A stretch of DNA of 42,219 nt from Actinobacteria bacterium RBG_16_68_21 (GCA_001767695.1 MELR01000016.1:18680-60898), one strand, 5' to 3'; positions 14,983-27,544 are shown, counted from the first letter of the stretch. A program made the numbers and translations. Notes: generated by a model from the letters alone, not told the origin.

Positions 14983-17493
14983 CTATCGCTCCCCGCGACC
15001 GCGAGCGCGCAGCACGGCCCGATCCCGCTCGTAGGTGAGGAGAGGGAGGGCGTCGGGGATCGCCATCCATCGAATCTCGTCTACTTCGCCATTCGGCACG
15101 AAGTCGCCCTCGATGACGTCCATCTCGAAGTAGTGGACCACCTTGGTGCGATCGGCGCGGTCGGCGTACTCGACGGTACCGACCGCAGCGCCCAGTCGAC
15201 ACCTGTGACCGGTTTCCTCGAGCACCTCGCGAAGCGCACCTTCGGGGGCGGTCTCGCCTTCGTCCAGCTTCCCCTTGGGGAAGGTCCAGTCGTCGTAGCG
15301 GGGCCGGTGCACGAGTAGCACCTCGTCGTTGCCACCTTCGCCGACGCGACCGACGATGCCTCCGGCGGCGACCACCAACTCCGGGACTTCGAGGGCGCGT
15401 CCCGGATCGGGCAGCGCGCCCTGCGCCCTGGCGGAGGCGAGCTCCTGGAAACGGCGCTGGGCGTTGATGCCTCTCCCCGCCGGGACCTTCGACCAGACGT
15501 CGTCGACCAGCTCCCAGGCGAGCCGGTCGTCGGCGAAGCACACGATCAGCAACTCCTCGAGACGGCGCCGCAACCGGGCGGGATAGACCGGGACCAGAGT
15601 CTCCACCCTCCCGTTGAGATTGCGCGGCATCATGTCCGACGATCCGAGGAAGTACTCGGCATCATCGCCCGACCCGAACCGGAACACGCGGGAGTGCTCC
15701 AGGAACCGCCCGACAATCGATCGAACCGTGATGTTGTCCGACATCCCGGCGACGCCGGGACGGAGGCAGCAGATGCCCCGCACGATGAGGTCGACCGCCA
15801 CGCCGGCAGCAGAGGCGGCGTAGAGCTCCTCGATGATCGAAGGATCGACCAGGTGGTCGATCTTCATGGTGATCGCCCCGGCGGAACCCAGCTCGGCCTG
15901 ACCCCTGATCCGCTCGACGATCGCTTCCCGCAGCGAGGCCGGGGCGACGAGGAGCCGGCGGTAGTCGCGCTGGCGGCCGTAGCCGGTGAGTACGTTGAAC
16001 AACTCCGACAGGTCTGCCCCGATCTCCTCATCGGCCGTGAGATAGCCGAGGTCCTCGTAGATGCGGGCGGTCTTCGGGTTGTAGTTGCCGGTGCCGATGT
16101 GGCTGTAACGACGCAGCCCGTCGCCCTCGCGGCGCACGACCAGCGCGAGCTTGGCGTGGGTCTTGAGGCCGGCGACGCCGTACACCACGTGGACCCCGGC
16201 TTCTTCGAGGATCCTCGCCCAGGCGATGTTCGCCTCCTCGTCGAAGCGGGCCTTGAGTTCCACCAGCACCACGACCTGCTTGCCGCTCCGGGCGGCGGCG
16301 ATCAGCGACTGCACGATCGACTGCTCTCCGCCCAGCGCGGGGTCTTCCGGATCCGAGGTGCGGTACAGGGTCTGCTTGATGGCGACGACGTTGGGATCAC
16401 GAGCGGCGCTGGCGATGAACGCCCCGATGGAGTTGGCGAACGACTCGTAGGGCAGGTGGACGAGGATGTCCCGCTGGGCGATCCGGTCGAGGACGCTCTC
16501 GCCGGCCTCGCGTCGGCTCAGGATCGGTTGCGTCGTGGGTGCCCATGGCTCCACCGACAGGTCGGGGCGGTCGATCGTCGTCAGCGACGCCAGCCCGGCG
16601 AGGGCGAGCATGCCGTCGTTGACGTACACGTCACCGGGGCCGATGCGCATCTCCTCCATGAGCAGTTCCGCCACCTCGTCGGGCATCGATCGGTCGATCT
16701 CGAGCCGCACAATCGTGCTGAAGCGGTAGCGGGTGTGGAGCAGCTCTTCCATCGCCTCGAGAAGATCCTCCGCCTCCTCCTCGATTGCCTGCTCGGCGCT
16801 TCTCGTCACCCGGAAGGCATGGCTGCTCACGACCTCCCGGCCGGGGAAGAGGGTCTCCAGTTGAGCGGCGATCAAGTACTCGACAGGGACCAGCACCGCG
16901 CCCGCTCCGCAGGAGAGCAGCCGGGGGAGAAGCGGCGGGACCTTGACCCGGGCGAAGTGGGAATCTCCCGTGGCCGGGTCGCGGACGGTGACGGCGAGGT
17001 TGAGCGACAGGTTCGATATGTAGGGGAAGGGGTGAGAGGGGTCGACGGCCAGCGGGGTGAGCATCGGGTAGATCTCACGTTCGAAGACCGCCTCGAGCTC
17101 CTTGCGATGCTTGAGGCGCAACGAGTCCCAGCCCCCGAGAGACAGGCCGTGGTCGGCGAGGGCCGGTATCAGCTCGTCCCCGAGAAGCCGCGCCATGCGG
17201 CCCTCGATGGCGATACAGCGCTCCCGAATGACGGCGAGCTGATCGGCGGGGCTCATCCCGTCCGGGCCGGTCGCCTCGACCCCGGTGGTCACCTGCTCGC
17301 GCAGGCCGGCGACCCGCACCTGGAAGAATTCGTCGAGGTTCCCGGCCACGATCGCGATGAATCGGATCCGTTCCAGCACGGGGAGGTTGGGGTCGGCCGC
17401 CATCGCCAGGATGCGCTCGAGATAGTCGAGCACGGACAGTTCGCGGTTCGTGTGTCTGGCCGGCAAACTCGGCTCCCCGGACTGGCTGGTCAT
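14983..17493 (-). CDS. ppk1: Polyphosphate kinase 1 with fused C-terminal NUDIX (MutT1-like) domain
   Basis: NRELS, NLDEFFQVRVAGL, HPFPYISNLSLN, IKQTLYR, ELKARFDE, KTHAK, HIGTGNYN, RFLEHSR, then in frame HRPRYDDWTFPKGKLDEGETAPEGALREVLEETG. Confidence 0.93.
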   Translation of the reverse strand: MTSQSGEPSLPARHTNRELSVLDYLERILAMAADPNLPVLERIRFIAIVAGNLDEFFQVRVAGLREQVTTGVEATGPDGMSPADQLAVIRERCIAIEGRMARLLGDELIPALADHGLSLGGWDSLRLKHRKELEAVFEREIYPMLTPLAVDPSHPFPYISNLSLNLAVTVRDPATGDSHFARVKVPPLLPRLLSCGAGAVLVPVEYLIAAQLETLFPGREVVSSHAFRVTRSAEQAIEEEAEDLLEAMEELLHTRYRFSTIVRLEIDRSMPDEVAELLMEEMRIGPGDVYVNDGMLALAGLASLTTIDRPDLSVEPWAPTTQPILSRREAGESVLDRIAQRDILVHLPYESFANSIGAFIASAARDPNVVAIKQTLYRTSDPEDPALGGEQSIVQSLIAAARSGKQVVVLVELKARFDEEANIAWARILEEAGVHVVYGVAGLKTHAKLALVVRREGDGLRRYSHIGTGNYNPKTARIYEDLGYLTADEEIGADLSELFNVLTGYGRQRDYRRLLVAPASLREAIVERIRGQAELGSAGAITMKIDHLVDPSIIEELYAASAAGVAVDLIVRGICCLRPGVAGMSDNITVRSIVGRFLEHSRVFRFGSGDDAEYFLGSSDMMPRNLNGRVETLVPVYPARLRRRLEELLIVCFADDRLAWELVDDVWSKVPAGRGINAQRRFQELASARAQGALPDPGRALEVPELVVAAGGIVGRVGEGGNDEVLLVHRPRYDDWTFPKGKLDEGETAPEGALREVLEETGHRCRLGAAVGTVEYADRADRTKVVHYFEMDVIEGDFVPNGEVDEIRWMAIPDALPLLTYERDRAVLRARGRGER

Positions 17494-17551
17494 GAAATGG
17501 TATCGACGGTCGGCCGGGCCGGATTCAGCTGGGTTGCTGGAAGGCCGGTGG

Positions 17552-18001
17552 CTACTCGGGATCTCGCTCGAGGGCGGCGATCTTCTCGACGCGGCGGACA
17601 TGGCGGTCTTCGCCGGAGAATCTCGCCTCCAGGAAAGCCGCCACGATCTCGTCGACGAGGGCGATCCCGGTGACCCGAGCGCCGAGGGCGAGCACGTTTA
17701 CGTCGTCGTGCTCCACGCACTGGTGGGCGGTGTAGGCGTCGTAGGCCGCAGCGCAGCGCACCCCGTGCACCTTGTTGGCGGCGATGGCCGCGCCTGCTCC
17801 CGAGCCGCAGATCACGATGCCACGCTCGGCGCGGCCCCTGATGACGGCCCGGGCCACCGCAGCCGCGTAATCCGGGTAGTCGACCGGATCGGTGGTATGG
17901 GTACCCAGGTCGGTCACCGCGTGTCCCGCCGCGGCGGCGAATCTGGCAACGTGCTCCTTGAGCTCGTAACCGGCGTGGTCCGCGGCGATGGCGATGCGCA
18001 C
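17552..18001 (-). CDS. rpiB: Ribose-5-phosphate isomerase B (canonical, cytosolic)
   Basis: IAADHAG, VDYPD, ICGSGAG (catalytic Cys), ANKV, EHDDVNVL, RHVRR. No N-terminal extension. Confidence 0.93.
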   Translation of the reverse strand: MRIAIAADHAGYELKEHVARFAAAAGHAVTDLGTHTTDPVDYPDYAAAVARAVIRGRAERGIVICGSGAGAAIAANKVHGVRCAAAYDAYTAHQCVEHDDVNVLALGARVTGIALVDEIVAAFLEARFSGEDRHVRRVEKIAALERDPE

Positions 18002-18069
18002 CCTCGCAGGGTAGTGACCCTTCCTTCCCCGACAGGGGCCGAGTGCCCCGCCTCCCTTACAATCCGGGG

Positions 18070-19323
18070 ATGGCCCAGCTCGTCGTCACCGGAGGTGCTC
18101 GCCTCCGCGGAACGGTGGGAGTCCTCGGGGCGAAGAACGCGGTGCTCAAACATCTGGTGGCCACGCTGCTCGCCCCCGGGATCCATCGGATCGACAACAC
18201 CCCCGACATCGTCGACGTCCGCCTGATGGCGCAGGTGATATCCCACATCGGGGCGAGTTGCCGCTTCGAGGGGACCTCGGTCGAGGTCGAGGTTCCCGAC
18301 GAATTGCTGCCCGAGGCGCCGATCGACCTGGTTCGGCGGATGCGTGCCTCGATTCTGGTGCTCGGGGCCCTCCTCGCCCGATGCGGGGAAGCCCGGGTCG
18401 CCCTCCCCGGAGGCGACGACTTCGGCTCGCGCCCGATCGACATGCATCTCGAGGGGCTGGAGAGCATGGGCGCGGAGTTCGAGCTCGTCCACGGCGTGCT
18501 GCGCGCCATCGCCCCCGGCGGGCTTCACGGCGCCGAGGTGATGCTGGAGTTCCCGAGTGTTGGCGCCACCGAGAACCTGCTGCTCGCCTCGGTCATGGCC
18601 CGGGGGACGACGGTGATCGGCAACGCCGCCCGGGAGCCGGAGATCCAGGATCTTGCCGAGTTTCTCGTGACGATGGGAGCGGTGATCCGGGGCGCCGGCA
18701 CTTCGACGATCGAGATCGACGGCGTTGGCGGGCTCGACCCCGGTCGCCATCGCGCCGTACCCGATCGTCTCGAGGCGGGCACCTACCTGGTCGGGGCGGC
18801 CATCACCGGGGGAGAGGTGACGGTGATCGACTGTGTCCCCGGGCACCTTCGCATGGAGCTGCGCAAGCTCGGAGAGGCCGGATGCTCCTACGAGGTGGGC
18901 AAGGACTGGGTGACCCTCTCCGGTCCGGAGCGACCGCGCCCGGTCGACTTCGCGACGCTGCCCTATCCGGGGTTTCACACCGACATGCACCCGCAGATGG
19001 TCTCCCTGCTCTCCCTGGCGGAGGGCACCTCGGTGATCACGGAGAACATCTACGCAGCGCGGTTTCGCTACATCGGCGAATTGAACCGCCTCGGTGCCGA
19101 CGTCCAGATCGAGGGTCAGCACGTGATCATCCGGGGGGTGACGGCCCTTTCGGGCTGTCCGATCGATGCCTGTGACATCAGGGCGGGAGCGGCGCTCGTG
19201 CTCGCCGGTCTCGCCGCCGACGGCGTGACCACCGTCAACGATGCCGAGCACATCGACCGGGGATACGCCGACTTCCCCGGCAAGTTGGCGGCCCTCGGAG
19301 CGCACATCGAGCGTTTCGATTGA
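18070..19323 (+). CDS. murA: UDP-N-acetylglucosamine 1-carboxyvinyltransferase
   Basis: GAKNA, RMRASILVLG, LPGGDDFGSRPIDMH, SVGATEN, NAAREPE, PYPGFHTD, DIRAGAAL, IDRGY. Confidence 0.96.
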   Translation: MAQLVVTGGARLRGTVGVLGAKNAVLKHLVATLLAPGIHRIDNTPDIVDVRLMAQVISHIGASCRFEGTSVEVEVPDELLPEAPIDLVRRMRASILVLGALLARCGEARVALPGGDDFGSRPIDMHLEGLESMGAEFELVHGVLRAIAPGGLHGAEVMLEFPSVGATENLLLASVMARGTTVIGNAAREPEIQDLAEFLVTMGAVIRGAGTSTIEIDGVGGLDPGRHRAVPDRLEAGTYLVGAAITGGEVTVIDCVPGHLRMELRKLGEAGCSYEVGKDWVTLSGPERPRPVDFATLPYPGFHTDMHPQMVSLLSLAEGTSVITENIYAARFRYIGELNRLGADVQIEGQHVIIRGVTALSGCPIDACDIRAGAALVLAGLAADGVTTVNDAEHIDRGYADFPGKLAALGAHIERFD

Positions 19324-19436
19324 GCCCGGCGGCCCGGTGCTCCCGGCCGGTACCCGTTCCCCGCCGCCGCGGGAGATCCCCCCTCACTCGCCTACTATGC
19401 GGAATGTCTTCCCCGATCGATGGTTGAGAGTCATTG

Positions 19437-19700
19437 ATGTCCGAAGAGACCGCCGCGCTCGCCGAGACGACCGATCAGGTCGATCTCGCCGCGCTCCAAG
19501 AGACCCTCGAGTACATCCGACCGGCCCTGCAGGCCGACGGCGGTGACCTCATCCTGTTGGGGGTCGACGGCGGCACGGTCAACCTGCAGCTGGTCGGGGC
19601 GTGTGGCGGTTGTCCGATGTCCACGATGACCCTCACCGCCGGGATCGAACGCATCCTGCGCGATCGGGTCCCCGGGGTCGACGAGGTCAACGCGGTCTGA
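19437..19700 (+). CDS. NifU C-terminal/NfuA-like Fe-S carrier
   Basis: IRPALQADGGD...LVGACGGCPMSTMTLTAGIE. Confidence 0.9.
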   Translation: MSEETAALAETTDQVDLAALQETLEYIRPALQADGGDLILLGVDGGTVNLQLVGACGGCPMSTMTLTAGIERILRDRVPGVDEVNAV

Positions 19701-19704
19701 GGAT

Positions 19705-19783
19705 CGCTGCCCGCTTCCCGCTGCCCGCTTGCCAAACCCGGTCCTGTGTTGACTCCGTTCTTGCGGGTAGCCGGTAGCCGGCC
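19705..19783. repeat. Two opposed heptamer arrays (cgctgcc-like x4; gccggta-like x3)
   Basis: cgctgcc cgcttcc cgctgcc cgcttgc (19705-19732) and gcgggta gccggta gccggcc (19763-19783). The two arrays are partly complementary. Confidence 0.7.
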
Positions 19784-19805
19784 GCCCCCTCGGTATCCTG
19801 CCGCC

Positions 19806-20735
19806 ATGCCGGCGTTCTCCGACCCCGCAGTCCTTGCCGTGGCGTCGGCGCAAGGAGACCGCCGGGCACTGGCTCGCCTCATCACCACCCTCGAGGAGGG
19901 GAGCCCGGGTCACGAAGAAGCGCTGGCGGTTTCCTTCGCCGCCGTCGGCCCCACGCATCGCATCGGGGTGACCGGGGCTCCCGGTGCCGGCAAGAGCACT
20001 CTCACCGACGTGCTCGTCCGCCTGATCAGGGCCGCCGGCCATCGGGTGGCGGTGCTCGCCGTCGACCCGACGAGTCCGTTCAGCGGGGGCGCGGTACTCG
20101 GGGACCGGGTCCGGATGCAGGATCACGTCCTCGACGACGGGGTGTACGTGCGCTCGATGGCGAGCCGGGGGCATCTCGGAGGCCTTTCTGCGGCCGCTCC
20201 CAAGGCCCTCATCGCTCTCGAGGCGGCGCGGTTCCCGTACGTGATCATCGAGACCGTCGGGGTCGGTCAAGACGAGGTGGAGATCGCCGGGGCTGCCGAC
20301 ACGGTCGTGGTGGTGGTCACCCCCGGCTGGGGGGACGCGGTGCAGGCAGCCAAGGCGGGAATCCTCGAGATCGGTGACGTCTTCGTGGTCAACAAGGCCG
20401 ATAGGCCGGGAGCCTCCGAGGCGGTCGCCGACCTGCGGGCAATGCTCGCCCTCGGCGACCACCCGGCGTGGATGCCGCCGATCATCGAGACCGTCGCTTC
20501 GAGAGGGGTCGGGGTGGACACCCTGTGGGAGGCGATCGGCGATCACCTCGAGGCACTGGGGACCCAAGGGGTCGAGGAGCGCCGCCGGCGGCGGCGCCGC
20601 GGCGAACTGGTGGCGGCCTTCGCCGACATCCTGCGCGCTCGCGCTAGCGAAGCGATCCGGGAGACCGAGGTGGCGGCCGCGGTCGAGGCCGGCGAGATCG
20701 ACCCATGGACCGGGGCGCGATTGCTCGCCGGCTGA
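19806..20735 (+). CDS. meaB: Methylmalonyl-CoA mutase-associated GTPase MeaB/ArgK
   Basis: GVTGAPGAGKST, AVDPTSPFSGGAVLGDRVRM, SRGHLGG, ETVGVGQ, KAGILE, VNKAD. Confidence 0.93.
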   Translation: MPAFSDPAVLAVASAQGDRRALARLITTLEEGSPGHEEALAVSFAAVGPTHRIGVTGAPGAGKSTLTDVLVRLIRAAGHRVAVLAVDPTSPFSGGAVLGDRVRMQDHVLDDGVYVRSMASRGHLGGLSAAAPKALIALEAARFPYVIIETVGVGQDEVEIAGAADTVVVVVTPGWGDAVQAAKAGILEIGDVFVVNKADRPGASEAVADLRAMLALGDHPAWMPPIIETVASRGVGVDTLWEAIGDHLEALGTQGVEERRRRRRRGELVAAFADILRARASEAIRETEVAAAVEAGEIDPWTGARLLAG

Positions 20736-20778
20736 GCGAAGCCACCACAATGGTCCTGCCCACGACCCGGAGGCCCTG

Positions 20779-21549
20779 ATGTCACTCGCTCGGTTCGAGA
20801 TCAACGATGCCGTCGGGGTGATCACCCTCGATCACCCTCCCGTCAATGCTCTCTCTGGAGAACTCATCGCCGATCTGGTGGAAGTGATCGAGCGAGCGGC
20901 CGATCCCGTGGTGCGCGCCGTCGTGGTGACCGGATCCCCCCGCTTCTCCGCCGGGGCGGACATCACCCAGTTCCAGTCCGCGATGCGCGCCGGGCACGGA
21001 GGAGAACGCGTGGGAATCGAGCTGGGCAAGGCCCTCCTTCGCCTCGAGGCCCTGCCCAAGCCGGTGGTGGCGGCGGTTCGGGGGTACGCCCTCGGCGGCG
21101 GGCTCGAGCTGGCGATGGCATGTGATCTGCGCCTGCTCGCCGACGATGCCAAGGTCGGTCAGCCGGAGATCCGCCTGGGAGTCATCCCCGGGGCCGGCGG
21201 CACCCAGCGCCTTCCCCGCCTCGTCGGGATGGGGCGGGCCCGTGACCTGATCTACACAGGCCGGGTGATCGGCGCCGCCGAGGCTCTCGCCTGGGGGCTG
21301 GCCGATCGGGTGGTGCCCGAGGCCGACCTCGCCGACGCGGCGATGGCCCTGGCGGGCGAGCTCGCCGCCGGGGCGACCGCGGCGATCGCCATCGCCAAGA
21401 GGGTCATCACCGGCGGCTACCACCTGGCGCTTGCCGCTGCGCTGGAGTTGGAGGCAAGCGGGTTCACGGAGGTATTCGGCACCGAGGATGCCTCCCGGGG
21501 AGTGGAGGCGTTCCTGGAGAAGCGCCCGCCGGGCTTCACCGGCTGCTGA
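20779..21549 (+). CDS. Enoyl-CoA hydratase/isomerase family protein
   Basis: PPVNALS, FSAGADI, GYALGGGLELAMACD, GQPEIRLGVIPGAGGTQRL. SD GGAGG upstream. Confidence 0.93.
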   Translation: MSLARFEINDAVGVITLDHPPVNALSGELIADLVEVIERAADPVVRAVVVTGSPRFSAGADITQFQSAMRAGHGGERVGIELGKALLRLEALPKPVVAAVRGYALGGGLELAMACDLRLLADDAKVGQPEIRLGVIPGAGGTQRLPRLVGMGRARDLIYTGRVIGAAEALAWGLADRVVPEADLADAAMALAGELAAGATAAIAIAKRVITGGYHLALAAALELEASGFTEVFGTEDASRGVEAFLEKRPPGFTGC

Positions 21550-21973
21550 AACGTCCCGCCAGGCTCCTCAGGTTGCGCCGCCAGACCCAGGCCAGCAGGG
21601 GGCGTGCCACCCACGCCCCCGCGGGCCCACCCAGATACCAGGGGAATCGCAGCCGCTCGGTCCAGGTGAACCGGGTTCCTGGTGGCTCTGGCTCGAGGGT
21701 GAACCGTCCGGTGCCGGTGAACAGCCCCTGGTGGGACACCCCCATGGCCGACGGTTCAACCCACTCGGTGAATTCCATGATGTCGGTCGTGCGGAGCGGG
21801 CCGATTCTCGTCTCGACCTCGATCCTGGTCCCCACACCGCGTCGCAGGGTGCCGAGGAACTCGATGCTCCGGGCGTCCGTCATCCACAGGACGTGGTCTT
21901 CGACTCGCGCCACTTCTCTCCATACGTCCGCCGGTGGCGCCGGGACGTGCACGGAGACGGCGATACCAGTCAC
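21536..21973 (-). CDS. SRPBCC/START-like ligand-binding protein
   Basis: APPADVW...WMTD...GVGTR...FTLEP...TRFTWTE pattern. Confidence 0.8.
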   Translation of the reverse strand: MTGIAVSVHVPAPPADVWREVARVEDHVLWMTDARSIEFLGTLRRGVGTRIEVETRIGPLRTTDIMEFTEWVEPSAMGVSHQGLFTGTGRFTLEPEPPGTRFTWTERLRFPWYLGGPAGAWVARPLLAWVWRRNLRSLAGRFSSR

Positions 21974-21981
21974 CCGGCAAC

Positions 21982-22009
21982 GCTAACCCGTTACCCGTTA
22001 CGCGCTAGC
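21982..22009. repeat. Heptamer tandem repeat (cgttacc-like x4)
   Basis: gctaacc cgttacc cgttacg cgctagc in the divergent promoter region. Same unit as the 7047 array. Confidence 0.6.
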
Positions 22010-22062
22010 CGTCGGGGAGACGCACAGGGTCAGCGGCCACGGCCGGTCGGTACGATCGCCCG

Positions 22063-23190
22063 ATGATCACCAGACGGGCGCGGTTGTGGATCTCCCGGGG
22101 TGTGGCCGCCGCCCTGCTCGGCGGGCTCGTCGTACTCGTCGGGTCGACGTGGTGGTATGCCGGGCGGATCCGTGCCGAACTGGTCGGGGGGACTCCATCG
22201 GGGGGACCTGCCGACGAGGTCGTGGTGGCGGTGGACCGGGACTCGGTGACCCTTCCCCGCGACGCCGCCACCATCCGGCCGGGCATCTGGGGTCTCGAGT
22301 TCGCCGGGGGCCACGCAGAGCTGGGTGAGGTGCTGGCGCTGGGCGACGACGTCGTCACCCGCCGGATCGACCGCATCACCGGGTCGCTCGCCGTCGGTAT
22401 GCCGGTCGCGTTCGATCGCATGGTCTTCGCCGGGGATCCGGCGACCCGGCGGGTTACGTTCGCCGACGTCATCGTCCCCGGGCCGCTGGGTGACTACTCG
22501 GCCTGGCTCGGCGAAGGTGACGGAGACACGTGGCTGATCTTCGTGCACGACCGCGGCGCGGACCGGCGGGAGTCCCTGCGCGTCCTCCCCACCGCGGCGC
22601 TCCTCGGGCTGCCCACCCTGGTGATCACCTATCGCGGCGACGTCGGTGCGCCCCCGGGGGGCGGCGGCATCGGCGTGGGCAGCGCCGAGTGGCCCGACCT
22701 CCAGGATGCGGTCGACTTCGCCATCACCGGAGGAGCCGCGCAGGTGGTGCTGATGGGGTCCGGCGTGGGCGGATCGATCATCGAGCTGTTCATGCGCGAG
22801 TCACGACTCGCCGACCGGGTGGCGGGGATCGTTCTCGACTCGCCGCTTCTCGATGCCGGCGAACGGGTGAGGCGCCGGGCGGCCGCCGACAAGGTCCCCG
22901 GATTCATCCTCAGGTTGTCGCAGGAGGTGGCGGCACTGCGCTTCGGCGTCGAGTGGAGCGATCTCGATCACGTGTCCCATGTCGGCGAGATCGCGGTGCC
23001 CACTCTGATCATCCACGGTGATCAGGACACCCTGTACCCGGTGGAGGTGAGCCGGCAGTACGCCGCGGCCGCCCCGACAATGGTCGATCTGGTCATCGTC
23101 GCCGGGGCAGGGCATGGGGAGGCCTGGAACCTGGATCCGGTGCGGTACGAGCACGAGGTGGCCGGGTTCCTGGAAGCCGTCGCCCCCTGA
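22063..23190 (+). CDS. Membrane-anchored alpha/beta hydrolase-fold protein (nucleophile Ser apparently absent)
   Basis: N-terminal TM/signal, WLIFVHD, ITYRGD, EWPDL, VLMGSGVGG, LDSP, IIHGDQD, GAGHGEAWN. Confidence 0.8.
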   Translation: MITRRARLWISRGVAAALLGGLVVLVGSTWWYAGRIRAELVGGTPSGGPADEVVVAVDRDSVTLPRDAATIRPGIWGLEFAGGHAELGEVLALGDDVVTRRIDRITGSLAVGMPVAFDRMVFAGDPATRRVTFADVIVPGPLGDYSAWLGEGDGDTWLIFVHDRGADRRESLRVLPTAALLGLPTLVITYRGDVGAPPGGGGIGVGSAEWPDLQDAVDFAITGGAAQVVLMGSGVGGSIIELFMRESRLADRVAGIVLDSPLLDAGERVRRRAAADKVPGFILRLSQEVAALRFGVEWSDLDHVSHVGEIAVPTLIIHGDQDTLYPVEVSRQYAAAAPTMVDLVIVAGAGHGEAWNLDPVRYEHEVAGFLEAVAP

Positions 23191-23257
23191 GGGGCGGCGC
23201 CCTTCGGACCTGCCGGCTGAAGTCCGCTCCGTCGTCCGCTCCCGGCATACTGGCGGG

Positions 23258-24393
23258 GTGCTCTACCTCGATCATGCCGCCACCACGCCGATGCGGCCAG
23301 AGGCCCGCGAGGCCATGGCGCCCTACCTCGACGCGGATTTCGGCAATCCCTCGGGTCTTCATGCGCCGAGCCGGCGTGCCAAGGATGCGATCGAGTCCGC
23401 CCGGGAGCGTCTCGCCGCGCTGCTGGGGGCGGCCCATCCGTTGGATGTGGTGTTCACCGGAGGCGGCACCGAGTCGGACAACCTCGGGTTGGCCGGTCCC
23501 TGCTTGGCCGGCTCCGGCCGGGGCGGGGTGGTGATCAGTGCCGTGGAGCATGAGGCGGTCATCGAGACCGCCCGGTTCCTCGGCCGGCTCGGATGCCCGG
23601 TGCGGGTCGTTCCGGTGGACCGCTTCGGCCGGGCCACCCCCGGTGACGTGGCGGCGGCGGTCGACGAGTCCACCCGGGTGGTCTCGGTGATGGCCGCCAA
23701 CAACGAGACCGGGGTGATTCAGCCCGTCGCCGAGATCGCCGCGGCGGCACGGGAGGCGAACCCTGCGGTGCTGGTCCACACCGATGCCGTGCAGGCGATG
23801 GTTTCCCTCCCGGTGAACCTGGGCCTGCTCGGAGTCGACCTGCTCACCGTTGCATCTCACAAGGTGGGGGGCCCGAAGGGAGTGGGTGCCCTGGTGATGC
23901 GCCCCGGCATCGAACTGGAACCCGTCATCCACGGCGGTGGCCAGGAGCTGGGGCGCCGGTCGGGTACCCATGACGTGGCGGGAATCGTGGGCATGGTCGC
24001 CGCCGCCGAGGCCGCGGTCTTCGATCGGGACCGTTTCGGGCGCGATGTCGGCGAGGCCCGCAGTCGCTTCGAGGCGAAGCTCACCGCGGCGGTTCCCGAT
24101 GTGGTGTTCACCATCGGCGCCGGTGCCGATCGGCTCGTACAGCACTCCCATTTCCGTGTCCCCGGGATCTCCGCCGAGACGCTGCTGATTCGCCTCGACG
24201 GTGCGGGAGTGGCCGCCTCGGCGGGATCGGCCTGCCAGAGCGGGGCTCTGGAGATGTCCCACGTCTTGGCGGCGATGGATCTGCCGGCGGAGGAGGCGGC
24301 GGAGTGCGTGCGGATCACTTTCGGTTGGACGACGTCACCGCACGACGGTGACTCCGCTGCGGCCGCGGTGGCAACCGTGGTGGGAGATCTCCG

Positions 24394-24397
<4 letters not shown>
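23258..24397 (+). CDS. iscS: Cysteine desulfurase (IscS/NifS family)
   Basis: YLDHAATTP, GNPS, FTGGGTESDN, NNETG, HTDAVQ, SHKVGGPKG (PLP Lys), SAGSAC. Coupled to mnmA. Confidence 0.92.
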
Positions 24398-27479
<3,082 letters not shown>

Positions 27480-27544
27480 GGTGGGACTATCGGTGGGCGG
27501 CCGCTAGCGTGCCCCGACGGGGAGGCCCCCAGTCCCCGGAGCAG

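Noticed and set aside
19404-19439. ATG 19404 in frame with the NfuA-like gene, separated by a single TGA (possible selenocysteine or readthrough)
   Set aside because: The TGA lies outside the conserved domain and is not at a Cys-equivalent position; I see no SECIS-like hairpin. At most a 7-aa uORF.
19806-20735. meaB without an adjacent methylmalonyl-CoA mutase
   Set aside because: Unlinked meaB is common; the mutase is probably elsewhere in the genome.
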